Counted from the first letter of the stretch, positions 9,394-18,566 are shown. The stretch is DNA of 64,000 bases from a virus (IMGVR_UViG_3300021519_000916:32001-96000), one strand, 5' to 3'. Notes: a model not told the origin generated them from the sequence alone. Translations and numbers: made by a program.

Positions 9394-10694
9394 TGAAAAT
9401 TGAACATACACAGGTCGCCGGCGTTACTTTAGAATCAAATAAAAAGTTAGGGTATTATCTGTTTGATGACCAAGTGTACTATAATAAATTTCATGTACTA
9501 CTAGAATCATCCAAAACTGAAAAGAATAAACCACTAAACGATGCAGTTAAATGGTTCTTCAATGATGACGTATTCATGAAATTCCCATGGCACGTAGAAC
9601 CCAAAACATCAATGCAAGAACTATATCGTATGCGGGCCCAGCAACTCAGGGACCAATACGATTATATACGAGTTGAAGCGTCTGGCGGAGGAGATAGTAC
9701 TACTGTAGTCTATAGTTTTTTACTTAATAATATTCATTTAGACGAAGTTGTTTTTAGATATCCCAAAACCGGAGAGAATGGTGTGTCCGGAGATGCATGG
9801 GCAACTAACTGTGAGAATACCCTGAGTGAGTGGGAATATGCTGCAAAACCATTGCTTAATTGGATCGCTACTAACTACCCCAAGGTTAAAATTACAGTAC
9901 ATGATTATAGCGAAGACATGATTAAAAATGCTGACCGTGCCGACGAGTCATGGATATTTAAAACTAGACATTACCTGCAACCGGCACATGCACATAAACA
10001 CTCCACTACAGGATTTATTGAACATCGCAGGTTGGCCGATACCAATTCTAAAATTGGTATAATATACGGAATTGACAAACCCAAGTTATGCATTAAAGAC
10101 GGTAAGTTCTTTTTATATTTCTTTGATAACTTGGCGAATCACAATAACCCCGACGTTGGCGATTATACAAATATAACCAATGAGTTTTTCTATTGGACTC
10201 CGGACATGCCGGAGATAGTGGCCAAACAAGCTCACATGTGTAGGCATTGGTTTAGCATGCCGGAACATTATCAATTCCAGCGCACACTACTTTGGCCCAA
10301 TATTGACTTTTCTGCTAGAAGCTTATACGAACAACTAGTAAAAACCATTGTATACCCAGATTATGATTGCAATACATTCCAAGTAGCTAAACCAAGTAAT
10401 AACATATACAACGAAATGGATCATTGGTTCCATGTCAACTTCAAGAATACCAAAGCATATAATGTGTGGGAAGCTGGCATTAATCACTTGTTAAACAACC
10501 TTAATGAAAATTATATACATCTAGTTAACGGAAAACAAACAAATATTAAAGAATTTATGAGCCCGTTTTACTACATAGGGGAATGTAATATACCAAGCAT
10601 GGGCGTATTACAAAACAAAGCGTTAATGGATAAAGCCAGGGCAATGGCTACAAAACACGTACACTTTATAAAGAATAAGATGGTAATTTATTAA
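9393..10694 (+). CDS. PP-loop (ANH superfamily) enzyme, tandem paralog 2
   Basis: EASGGGDS, GIDKP, EFFYW; long near-identical blocks shared with 8074-9393. Confidence 0.75.
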   Translation: MKIEHTQVAGVTLESNKKLGYYLFDDQVYYNKFHVLLESSKTEKNKPLNDAVKWFFNDDVFMKFPWHVEPKTSMQELYRMRAQQLRDQYDYIRVEASGGGDSTTVVYSFLLNNIHLDEVVFRYPKTGENGVSGDAWATNCENTLSEWEYAAKPLLNWIATNYPKVKITVHDYSEDMIKNADRADESWIFKTRHYLQPAHAHKHSTTGFIEHRRLADTNSKIGIIYGIDKPKLCIKDGKFFLYFFDNLANHNNPDVGDYTNITNEFFYWTPDMPEIVAKQAHMCRHWFSMPEHYQFQRTLLWPNIDFSARSLYEQLVKTIVYPDYDCNTFQVAKPSNNIYNEMDHWFHVNFKNTKAYNVWEAGINHLLNNLNENYIHLVNGKQTNIKEFMSPFYYIGECNIPSMGVLQNKALMDKARAMATKHVHFIKNKMVIY

Positions 10695-10718
10695 CCAACT
10701 CAATGCTCGCATATTTCG

Positions 10719-10725
10719 ATAAATA
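10719..10725 (+). promoter_or_regulatory. Putative late promoter (ATAAATA); nearly leaderless downstream gene
   Basis: Box 8 nt upstream of ATG 10734, no SD. Confidence 0.55.
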
Positions 10726-10733
10726 ATTGTACT

Positions 10734-11264
10734 ATGCCAGCAAATATTAAAGATTTACTAAAAAATACACAAGACATTTTCATGACAGATTCTGCTGTCA
10801 GCACCCTATTAGACTTTGAACGGGTGTTAGATGAGCTTGATTTATACGCATTTGCCAATTGGAAGCAAGGCGAATTAGTCGAAGGTCCCACATACGAAAA
10901 GTACTTTGTAAAATGCACTTTTATGTGGCCCTACAAAAAAATGCCCGATCCCCGTGGCGCACAAAGACTGTCTGAATACGATTGTGATATTACATTTGAA
11001 CGTGACTTCTTTGAACACCCTATTAAAGTAAAAAGCCCAAACGACTATAAGCCCGGAACAAAAGTTCCTAAAATGGTCAAGAGCCCCATATGGCTAGTTG
11101 ACATTGTTATGCCTAAGAAGTTAATGGCAGACATTGAAAAAGGTGCTTTAGAACTTGAATCGGGCACAATTGATATGGAAGACATTAATCAAGCATACGA
11201 AACCGGTGCTGATAATGATGCTATAGACCAAGAGGAACAAATCAATGACCAACCAACACAGTAA
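10734..11264 (+). CDS. Hypothetical phage protein
   Basis: 176-aa ORF with typical codon usage and an acidic tail. Confidence 0.7.
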   Translation: MPANIKDLLKNTQDIFMTDSAVSTLLDFERVLDELDLYAFANWKQGELVEGPTYEKYFVKCTFMWPYKKMPDPRGAQRLSEYDCDITFERDFFEHPIKVKSPNDYKPGTKVPKMVKSPIWLVDIVMPKKLMADIEKGALELESGTIDMEDINQAYETGADNDAIDQEEQINDQPTQ

Positions 11265-11805
11265 CCTATTTGAGGGTCTAGAAGTTGGCGACTTAAAGCG
11301 GTTAATCCACCCCGAATTACATATTGACGAATTTAAAAGCAAGTTAGGCGACGATGCCGACGTTGTTGTTGTTAGTTTTAAAGTTGACAGTAAAGATCCA
11401 GCAATTGATTTAGTGGCATTCATTGAAAAAGGCTACAGCTGGGTCATTGATGCCGATGTTAGTTCCGGCGAACTTGAAGATGGTTCATATATTGTATTTG
11501 TTGAGATGGATCGTGATGCCGACGCTCCAAAAAATATTATGCAGTTAATGGATGAATTATTGAATTTAACAGAGCAAGATGAAAGCGACTGGCGAGTGCG
11601 CTATTATAAATCTCGTCAAGAAAAGCAATTAAGCCTTGATGCGTTAGAAGAACTTGTGCCAACTACACCAGAAGCCTACGAAAAGGCCCATGGTCAGTCT
11701 GATATTGATCAGTTAAAGACTGCTGCTGGTATAAATGTAACTACTAAAGCACCTAAAAACGACTTTACAGAATCTTTACGTAATCTAGCTGGCATTGCAC
11801 GTTAG
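11245..11805 (+). CDS. Hypothetical phage protein (acidic)
   Basis: 186-aa ORF with GAGGA SD, overlapping the previous gene. Confidence 0.7.
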   Translation: MTNQHSNLFEGLEVGDLKRLIHPELHIDEFKSKLGDDADVVVVSFKVDSKDPAIDLVAFIEKGYSWVIDADVSSGELEDGSYIVFVEMDRDADAPKNIMQLMDELLNLTEQDESDWRVRYYKSRQEKQLSLDALEELVPTTPEAYEKAHGQSDIDQLKTAAGINVTTKAPKNDFTESLRNLAGIAR

Positions 11806-11810
11806 TACTA

Positions 11811-11818
11811 TATAAATA
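11811..11818 (+). promoter_or_regulatory. T4-type late promoter TATAAATA for the lysis cassette
   Basis: Exact T4 late consensus upstream of the endolysin SD (AAGGAG). Confidence 0.75.
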
Positions 11819-11843
11819 CTGAGTATCTACTAAGGAGATAAAC

Positions 11844-12470
11844 ATGAGCTTCGATTTCAATTTCACTAAAGAAAAGTTAGCAAAAATTATTACAGGTAAC
11901 CAATACGTAGACCATTGGTTTGACGCACTGAACACTATATTACCAGATTATGAGATTACCTCATTGAATCGTGTTGCGGCATTTATAGCGCAGACAGCCC
12001 ATGAATCCGGCAACTATAAAGCATTAAAAGAGAATTTAAATTATCAGGCCGCATCTTTGTGTAAGGTATGGCCAAGGTTATTTCCAACAATGGAAATAGC
12101 AAATCAATACGCACATAAGCCAGAGATGATTGCTAATCGTGCCTACGCAGATCGTATGGGCAATGGTAACGAAGCAAGCGGCGACGGGTGGAGACATTGC
12201 GGACGTGGACTTATCCAACTAACCGGTAAGGCAAACTATACTGCATTTGCAGAAAGTATTGAAACACCAGTGGATGAATTAGTTGAATTTTTACAGACCT
12301 TTGAAGGCGCTGTACAATCAGCTTGCTGGTTCTGGGAAACTAATAACTTAAACCAATGGGCAGACAAAGGTGATATGCTTACGTTAACTAAACGTATCAA
12401 TGGCGGCACATTGGGACTTGACGATCGTATTAAACATTATAACCATGCATTAGAAGTGCTAGGCGCCTAA
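11844..12470 (+). CDS. Endolysin, glycoside hydrolase family 19
   Basis: AAFIAQTAHESG, ENLNY, GRGLIQLTGK.NY, TKRINGG..GL.DR. Confidence 0.95.
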   Translation: MSFDFNFTKEKLAKIITGNQYVDHWFDALNTILPDYEITSLNRVAAFIAQTAHESGNYKALKENLNYQAASLCKVWPRLFPTMEIANQYAHKPEMIANRAYADRMGNGNEASGDGWRHCGRGLIQLTGKANYTAFAESIETPVDELVEFLQTFEGAVQSACWFWETNNLNQWADKGDMLTLTKRINGGTLGLDDRIKHYNHALEVLGA

Positions 12471-12935
12471 ATGTTTGGATGGTTAGTTGAACACGCACTA
12501 TTAATAATTCCAACTTGGGCATGGTTGGCACTTGCTGTTGCTGGCGCAGTAGTATATTATCTCAGCGGATTTATTCTAGCATTTCCACAATTTAAGCCAT
12601 ATGGCATATTAGTTAAAGTAGTCGGAGTACTGGCATTACTTGGCGGAGTATTCATGACCGGCGGCGAAGGAGTTACAGCTATATGGCAACAACAAATTAA
12701 AGAATCAAACGAACGTATTGCTATAGCCGAAGCGCAAAGCAAAGAAGTTAATGTTAAGATAGTGGAAAAGGTTGTTAAGCAATTAGAAGTAGTGCATCAA
12801 AAGGGCGCTGAAGTTATAAAGTATGTGGATCGCGAAGTTACCAAATACGATAATACCTGCCCTGTTCCTGATGTGGTAGTCAAGGCACACAATGCGGCCG
12901 CATTAAATCAATCAATTGAAAAGGATAAGAAATGA
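12471..12935 (+). CDS. Inner-membrane spanin (Rz-like)
   Basis: N-terminal TM segments, coiled coil, C-terminal Cys; lies between the endolysin and a lipoprotein. Confidence 0.7.
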   Translation: MFGWLVEHALLIIPTWAWLALAVAGAVVYYLSGFILAFPQFKPYGILVKVVGVLALLGGVFMTGGEGVTAIWQQQIKESNERIAIAEAQSKEVNVKIVEKVVKQLEVVHQKGAEVIKYVDREVTKYDNTCPVPDVVVKAHNAAALNQSIEKDKK

Positions 12936-13198
12936 AATACTTACTAATCCTGGTTACAATTATGCTAACAGCATGTGCATCTACAGTACCAACCATAGCT
13001 AAATTTCCCGAAGTGCCATCGCAACTATTAGAGAAGTGCCCACCATTAAAAACAATACCAACAGAAACAACAGTATTCAGCGAGTTAACTAAAACAGTTA
13101 CAGTTAACTACACAACATATTATGAATGTGCAATAAAACAAGAAGCATGGGCTGAATGGTTCAATACTCAGAAGAAAATATACGAGAGTTTAAAATGA
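12932..13198 (+). CDS. Outer-membrane spanin lipoprotein (Rz1-like)
   Basis: Lipobox LTAC, Pro-rich P..LL..CP.L and Y.EC motifs. Confidence 0.8.
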   Translation: MKYLLILVTIMLTACASTVPTIAKFPEVPSQLLEKCPPLKTIPTETTVFSELTKTVTVNYTTYYECAIKQEAWAEWFNTQKKIYESLK

Positions 13199-13608
13199 AA
13201 AAATTAATATACGTAGCCTTGTTTTCGTTGTTGTCTGGATGTGCAAGTATTCAAAATATATACGAAGCATATACAATGGCTAAGTTTGATGTTAACGAGT
13301 ATCAATACATCACACGTATACGTACACACGCACAGCTAGGTGGTCCATTGTGTGGAACACCCGACGTTAAAGAACATGTTAAGTATATTTTTGTAGTGGC
13401 ACAAGAATATAAAAACTACGCAGAATTAATACCCAACAATCAAAACAGTTTTAAATTAGCAACAACGCTAACGCAAATTACTGATGAATTTGCTAAAAAA
13501 TATCAAGGTGCAGAAACACCGAGTGTTGTATATTGCAAGGCTAAATTTATGGCTATCGAACGTTCAAGTGAGAACATACAAAAGGTTATAGGAGCCAAGC
13601 CAAGATGA
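13195..13608 (+). CDS. Lipoprotein of unknown function in the lysis cassette
   Basis: MKKLIYVALFSLLSGC lipobox; ATGA overlap at 13195. Confidence 0.7.
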   Translation: MKKLIYVALFSLLSGCASIQNIYEAYTMAKFDVNEYQYITRIRTHAQLGGPLCGTPDVKEHVKYIFVVAQEYKNYAELIPNNQNSFKLATTLTQITDEFAKKYQGAETPSVVYCKAKFMAIERSSENIQKVIGAKPR

Positions 13609-13868
13609 ACGCACAACAAATTTTAGATGGCATTTACGGAACACAAACACAAGACCCCATTGCACAGCAATTAGCAGGGGTATTAGCACAATACACCCAA
13701 CAATTTCAAGCAGGGCAGATGAGCAAAGACGAATACGCTGAACTAGTAAGAGATTTACAAACAGAACAACTAATTAATGCTCAGTGTAGTGACTTAGAAG
13801 CCAAAGAACGGTTAAATACAATATGTAATGCAGTATTAAATGCAGTGGACATACTAAGTAGCATATAA
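13605..13868 (+). CDS. Hypothetical helical protein
   Basis: 87-aa ORF, translationally coupled, GGAG SD. Confidence 0.65.
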   Translation: MNAQQILDGIYGTQTQDPIAQQLAGVLAQYTQQFQAGQMSKDEYAELVRDLQTEQLINAQCSDLEAKERLNTICNAVLNAVDILSSI

Positions 13869-13892
13869 AAATAATTCAAATAGGAGCTAATA

Positions 13893-14393
13893 ATGAGCGA
13901 AGTAAGCGAAAGCGAAAAGAAAAAAGAAGATTGGATGAATAGCAAATGGCGTCCAATGATGGGCTGGATGTACATGTCAGTATGTGTGTTTGACTTTGTA
14001 TTGGCCCCAATTTTATGGTCAATGTTACAAGCAGTATTTCACGGCGGGGTAAACGTACAATGGCAACCACTAACATTGCAAGGTGCTGGTTTATTCCACA
14101 TTGCGATGGGTGCTGTCCTTGGTATTGCGGCAATGGGTCGTACACAGGAAAAATTAGCAGGTGCTAATAATGGCGGAGCAGGCGGTACATCATATACTGC
14201 GCCAGCACCAATTAGCAGCCCATCACCAAGTACAAGTGCTCCGCCGGCACCAAGCTGGGGGACAACGCCGGTGGCAAGTCCATTCCCGAGTGCTCCGGTA
14301 GCAAGTCCATTTCCAAGTGCTCCGGTGGCTACGCCATTGATGAGTTCGTCTGGTAAGTTGGCACCACAGCCGGCACAAGATCCGGTACTATAA
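13893..14393 (+). CDS. Putative holin (3TM/GTA-holin-like) with a Pro/Ser-rich tail
   Basis: WRP.MGW.Y motif, hydrophobic segments, G..A.GRT.EK; located in the lysis cassette. Confidence 0.7.
   Translation: MSEVSESEKKKEDWMNSKWRPMMGWMYMSVCVFDFVLAPILWSMLQAVFHGGVNVQWQPLTLQGAGLFHIAMGAVLGIAAMGRTQEKLAGANNGGAGGTSYTAPAPISSPSPSTSAPPAPSWGTTPVASPFPSAPVASPFPSAPVATPLMSSSGKLAPQPAQDPVL
14268..14330 (+). repeat. 27-nt tandem repeat (PVASPFPSA, two full copies plus a partial)
   Basis: ccggtggcaagtccattcccgagtgct / ccggtagcaagtccatttccaagtgct / ccggtggct. Confidence 0.9.
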
Positions 14394-14413
14394 ATTAAAA
14401 ATAAGGAAATATC

Positions 14414-14629
14414 ATGAAATATATCATATCAGCGTTTGCATTACTCGCATTACTTACAACTAACCCAGTGTTTGCTGCTGGCGAGACTAAAGAAGTATGT
14501 AAGGATGCAGTGGGTAAAGATGGTAAGGTTGTTAAAAATAAAGATGGTTCTGCCAAACAAACCTGTAAGAAAATTAAGGTACACAAAAAGGCAGAAGGCA
14601 CTAAAGTACCTGAAAACTCAAAAAAATAG
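14414..14629 (+). CDS. Small secreted Lys-rich protein with two Cys
   Basis: Signal peptide ending VFA; AAGGA SD; basic mature part. Confidence 0.7.
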   Translation: MKYIISAFALLALLTTNPVFAAGETKEVCKDAVGKDGKVVKNKDGSAKQTCKKIKVHKKAEGTKVPENSKK

Positions 14630-14646
14630 ACTACATCATCAAAAAC

Positions 14647-14689
14647 AAAAGCCGATTGAGTTGACACCAGTCGGCTTTTCATTTATAAT
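14647..14689 (+). terminator. Terminator hairpin overlapping a sigma70 promoter for dnaJ
   Basis: AAAAGCCGATTG/CAGTCGGCTTTT stem; TTGACA (14661-66) in the loop, 17 nt, TATAAT (14684-89). Confidence 0.75.
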
Positions 14690-14695
14690 AGCAAC

Positions 14696-15541
14696 ATGAC
14701 TCATTATGCTACCCTAGGTGTTGCCGAAAACGCAAATGCCGACGATATTAAAAAAGCCTACCGAAGGTTAGCGAGTCAACACCACCCGGACAAAGGTGGC
14801 GACACTAAAAAGTTTCAAGAAATACAAACCGCATACGATACCATAAGCGATAATGAAAAACGACAACAGTACGATATGCAACGCAGTGGACGAGGACCGC
14901 AGCAATTCCATTTCCACCAAGGTGATGTGAATAACGCGGACATAAGCGAACTATTTAGAAATTTTGGATTTGGTGGTGCTGACCCATTTACACCATTTAG
15001 GCAACAACAGCAACAAAGACGCAATAAAGATTTGCGTGTAGAAGTTGCAATCCCATTAGTTTCAACGTTAGAAGAACAAACCAAAGTCATTAGTGTATTG
15101 ACCACTACCGGAAGCAGAGAGACTGTTGAAGTTAAAATACCAAAGGGCATAACAAATGGCACCAATATAAAGTATGCCAATCTAGGTGATAACTTATTCA
15201 ATACTATACCGCGTGGTGACTTATATGTTCAAATTAATGTTCATAATGCGGAGAATTTTTTTGTAAACAACATTGACTTATACACATCAATTAGTGTAAA
15301 CTGTTTACTAGCAATAACAGGTGGAGTCACTACTATTACAGGCATCGATGATAAAAGTTTTATATTAACAATTCCGCAAGGAACACAACCAGGTACTAAA
15401 TTTAGAATAGCACAACAAGGATTATACCAATTGAATTCGAATATTAGAGGCAATTTGTTTGTAGAAATGAATGTTACAATCCCGCAAAATCTAAACACAG
15501 ATCAATTACAAATAGTTAAATCAATCCTCAATCCTCAATAA
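14696..15541 (+). CDS. dnaJ: DnaJ/CbpA-type co-chaperone (J domain plus C-terminal domain, no Zn finger)
   Basis: HYATLGV, HHPDKGGD (HPD motif), GDLYV, IPQGTQPG. Confidence 0.92.
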   Translation: MTHYATLGVAENANADDIKKAYRRLASQHHPDKGGDTKKFQEIQTAYDTISDNEKRQQYDMQRSGRGPQQFHFHQGDVNNADISELFRNFGFGGADPFTPFRQQQQQRRNKDLRVEVAIPLVSTLEEQTKVISVLTTTGSRETVEVKIPKGITNGTNIKYANLGDNLFNTIPRGDLYVQINVHNAENFFVNNIDLYTSISVNCLLAITGGVTTITGIDDKSFILTIPQGTQPGTKFRIAQQGLYQLNSNIRGNLFVEMNVTIPQNLNTDQLQIVKSILNPQ

Positions 15542-15544
15542 ATA
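15538..15544 (+). promoter_or_regulatory. Putative late promoter (ATAAATA) for clpA
   Basis: TAAATA box 7 nt before the ATG. Confidence 0.5.
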
Positions 15545-15551
15545 TTTTTAT

Positions 15552-17843
15552 ATGATAAATCACAATCCCGAAATAGAAGTGGTAATTACCAACGCAACAG
15601 AGTTGGCACGTAAGTACAATCACGAGTATGTGACGTTAGAACACCTTGCACACGGATTACTTAGTTATAAACCATTCAGCGAGCTCATGTTAGCATTTGG
15701 AGTAGATGTTGATGGTATACTAAACGACCTTGACGAGTATATCCAAAAGCAAACATACATTGCTGGCGGCGAAGTTGATATTGTACCAAAGAAAACACAT
15801 AGCCTAGAGCGTGTGTTCAATCGTGCATTTACTCAGGTGTTATTCAGTGGTCGTAACCATGTTCAAATTATTGATATCTTTTTGAGTCTGTCAAATGAAA
15901 GCAATAGCCATGCTAGTTACTTTTTTATTAAGTATGGACTAGAACGTAGTCAAGTTGTTGACTTTTACAATAAACACTATGTTGAAACAAAACAAAAACG
16001 TATACCGGCTAGTGCTCGTTCTGATGCTATTTTGGCTGAGTATTGCGAAAACTTAAACGTACAGGCCAAAGAAGGAAAGATTGATCCTGTGGTTGGGCGT
16101 GAGTTTGAATTGGATGAGATCGCGCAGATCCTGGCTAAACGTAATAAATCAAATGTGTTAATGGTTGGTGATGCTGGTGTGGGTAAGACAGCAATCGCAG
16201 AAGGACTTGCACGTAATATCACTACCGGCGATGTACCAGAGTACCTACGTGATTATACTGTATACAATCTTGACATTGGCAGTTTACTTGCTGGGTCTAA
16301 GTACCGCGGTGAGTTTGAAGAAAAGTTTAAAGACGTTATTGGTGCATTGAGACACAAAGGTAAATGTGTGTTGTTCATTGATGAAGCACATCAGATGCGT
16401 GGTGCAGGTGCCGGTGGTGGTGGATCATCTGTGGACTTTGCTAACATGATTAAACCAGCATTGTCCAAGGGAACAATTAAAGTTATTGCATCCACAACAT
16501 GGGAAGAATATACAGGTAGCTTTGAAAAAGATCGTGCGCTAATGCGTAGGTTCTGCCGTATGACGATTGAAGAACCAAGCTCTGTAGTCGCAAAAGAAAT
16601 TCTACGTGGACTTCGCGAGTATTTTGAAAAGTTCCACGGTGGTAGTATTAGTGACGAAGCAATTGAAGCCGCAGTTGAGTTGAGTGTACGTTATCAACCG
16701 GATAAGAAATTACCGGATAAGGCAATTGATTTAATTGATACTGCTTGTGCTAAATTAAAAATTAATGCAATGGCGTGGACCTGCCGTAAGAGTCATATTG
16801 TAGATATCATTAGTAAATTTACTAAAATTCCAGCAGAACAAATTGGATCTGAATCTACAAAGAGTCTTGTTAATCTCGAAGAAACAGTTAAAACAAAGCT
16901 CTATGGGCAAGATGCTGTAGTTGAAACAGTACTTGAAAAAATCTATGTTGCCCGTGCTGGACTTAAAGCAATGAACAAGCCAATTGGTAACTTCTTATTT
17001 CTGGGACCAACAGGCACAGGTAAAACAGAGCTTGCCAAGTTACTTGCTGAAGGTATGGGAATGAAACTCTTGCGATACGATATGAGCGAGTATCAAGAAA
17101 AACATTCCTTGTCTAAGTTGATTGGTGCTCCCCCAGGATATGTAGGCTACGACGATAGCAACTTAGGTGGTGGTATGCTAATCAGTGATATTGAAAAAAA
17201 TCCTAATTGCGTTATACTGTTTGACGAAATTGAAAAAGCACATCCAGACGTAACTAATATCCTACTACAGCTAATGGATGAAGGTGCAATTACCAGTAGC
17301 AATGGTAAGAAGGCCGATGCACGTAATAGTATTGTTATTCTAACAAGTAACCTAGGCGCAAGTGCTAACGAACAAAACAATATTGGATTCGGTCGCGAGT
17401 TACAGAAGTCTGGTGAGGATGACAAAGCTGTTAAAGACTTCTTTAAGCCTGAGTTCCGTAATCGTTTAGATGGTATTTGTAAATTCAATAAACTAGATGA
17501 CATAAGCATTAGGAAAATTGTTGCTAAGTTTATTAACGAAATAAATGACCTACTAAGTGAGAAGTCATTGAAAATTAGACTAACCGAAGCCGCTGTTGAT
17601 CAATTGGCAAAAGTTGGTTACGATAGTAAAATGGGTGCAAGACCCTTGGGACGTAAAATCAACGACCTTATCAAGGTACCGTTAAGTAAAAAAATATTGT
17701 TTGATACTATAGTACCAAACAGTATTATTGAAATTGATTACGACCAAGTTGAATTTAAATTTAATACGTTGGGACAATATTTGTCTGCAACACCAACCAT
17801 AGACTCCAATGGATACATCGTTCTGGATTCAGTGCAATCCTGA
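15552..17843 (+). CDS. clpA: ClpA-like AAA+ chaperone/unfoldase
   Basis: Clp N domain (HEYVTLEHL), Walker A GDAGVGKT and GPTGTGKT, KYRGEFE, GAPPGYVG, NIGF ClpP-binding loop, no ClpB middle domain. Confidence 0.93.
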   Translation: MINHNPEIEVVITNATELARKYNHEYVTLEHLAHGLLSYKPFSELMLAFGVDVDGILNDLDEYIQKQTYIAGGEVDIVPKKTHSLERVFNRAFTQVLFSGRNHVQIIDIFLSLSNESNSHASYFFIKYGLERSQVVDFYNKHYVETKQKRIPASARSDAILAEYCENLNVQAKEGKIDPVVGREFELDEIAQILAKRNKSNVLMVGDAGVGKTAIAEGLARNITTGDVPEYLRDYTVYNLDIGSLLAGSKYRGEFEEKFKDVIGALRHKGKCVLFIDEAHQMRGAGAGGGGSSVDFANMIKPALSKGTIKVIASTTWEEYTGSFEKDRALMRRFCRMTIEEPSSVVAKEILRGLREYFEKFHGGSISDEAIEAAVELSVRYQPDKKLPDKAIDLIDTACAKLKINAMAWTCRKSHIVDIISKFTKIPAEQIGSESTKSLVNLEETVKTKLYGQDAVVETVLEKIYVARAGLKAMNKPIGNFLFLGPTGTGKTELAKLLAEGMGMKLLRYDMSEYQEKHSLSKLIGAPPGYVGYDDSNLGGGMLISDIEKNPNCVILFDEIEKAHPDVTNILLQLMDEGAITSSNGKKADARNSIVILTSNLGASANEQNNIGFGRELQKSGEDDKAVKDFFKPEFRNRLDGICKFNKLDDISIRKIVAKFINEINDLLSEKSLKIRLTEAAVDQLAKVGYDSKMGARPLGRKINDLIKVPLSKKILFDTIVPNSIIEIDYDQVEFKFNTLGQYLSATPTIDSNGYIVLDSVQS

Positions 17844-18543
17844 TATAACTGTAGAACACACTACTAAAAAGTATTTTGGGAAATATCTATATAAACTAGA
17901 TATATATTCTCCTGCTGGTAGATTAATATACAGCAAAGGAGATATACTTAGTGGACTAGATCATCGAAAACGCACAGCCAAAACGATTAATCATGCTGGT
18001 TGGTGGGGTTCCGGCGGAAACAATTTTAAAGGAATAGATAGAGCAGATGTAGGTTTATTGGATGCCATTAGAACGTTGCGTAATAATCCAGCACACACTA
18101 TTCATTTACGGGTAGAAGAACCGCACGTTCAAATATATGCGTCAACTGAATCTGAATTACAGTCATTAGTTAATAACAAGTTTGGCCAATTCCTCCCAGC
18201 CCTATTTAGAATAACAGGACCCGAAAGTAGCACAGCAGCAAACATATTAGAAACTGGTGCCATTATCCGAAAGAAAGAAGTTGGCTACAAATACAAAGTT
18301 ATTCTCAGAGATGGTAGATATACACAAGAAGTTAAGGCGGGCATATTACAGTACCTAATAAATATTGGGTTGACTACTGTAAAAATACCCAAAAGCGCCA
18401 TTAATTCGCTGGGTACAAATAATTCATTTATTTGGAATTGTTATTTCTACACAAACGACCTAAGTATAAACACTTTTATAACTTTGATATCCCCGGGCAT
18501 AATATCAAAATCGCACGAGCTGGTCATACTAGCCGATAAATAG
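17809..18543 (+). CDS. Hypothetical protein
   Basis: 244-aa ORF. Confidence 0.65.
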   Translation: MDTSFWIQCNPDITVEHTTKKYFGKYLYKLDIYSPAGRLIYSKGDILSGLDHRKRTAKTINHAGWWGSGGNNFKGIDRADVGLLDAIRTLRNNPAHTIHLRVEEPHVQIYASTESELQSLVNNKFGQFLPALFRITGPESSTAANILETGAIIRKKEVGYKYKVILRDGRYTQEVKAGILQYLINIGLTTVKIPKSAINSLGTNNSFIWNCYFYTNDLSINTFITLISPGIISKSHELVILADK

Positions 18544-18566
18544 AAGTATACTTCAAGGAGTGGCAA

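Noticed and set aside
340-10694. Calling the PP-loop proteins QueC to complete the preQ0 pathway
   Set aside because: They are 379-439 aa, lack the C-terminal Cys4 Zn motif of QueC and lie far from the que genes; only the generic SGGxDS loop is shared
340-10694. Lasso-peptide/RiPP cluster
   Set aside because: No precursor ORF, B1/B2 protease or RRE gene is visible; the intergenic gaps hold only promoters and hairpins
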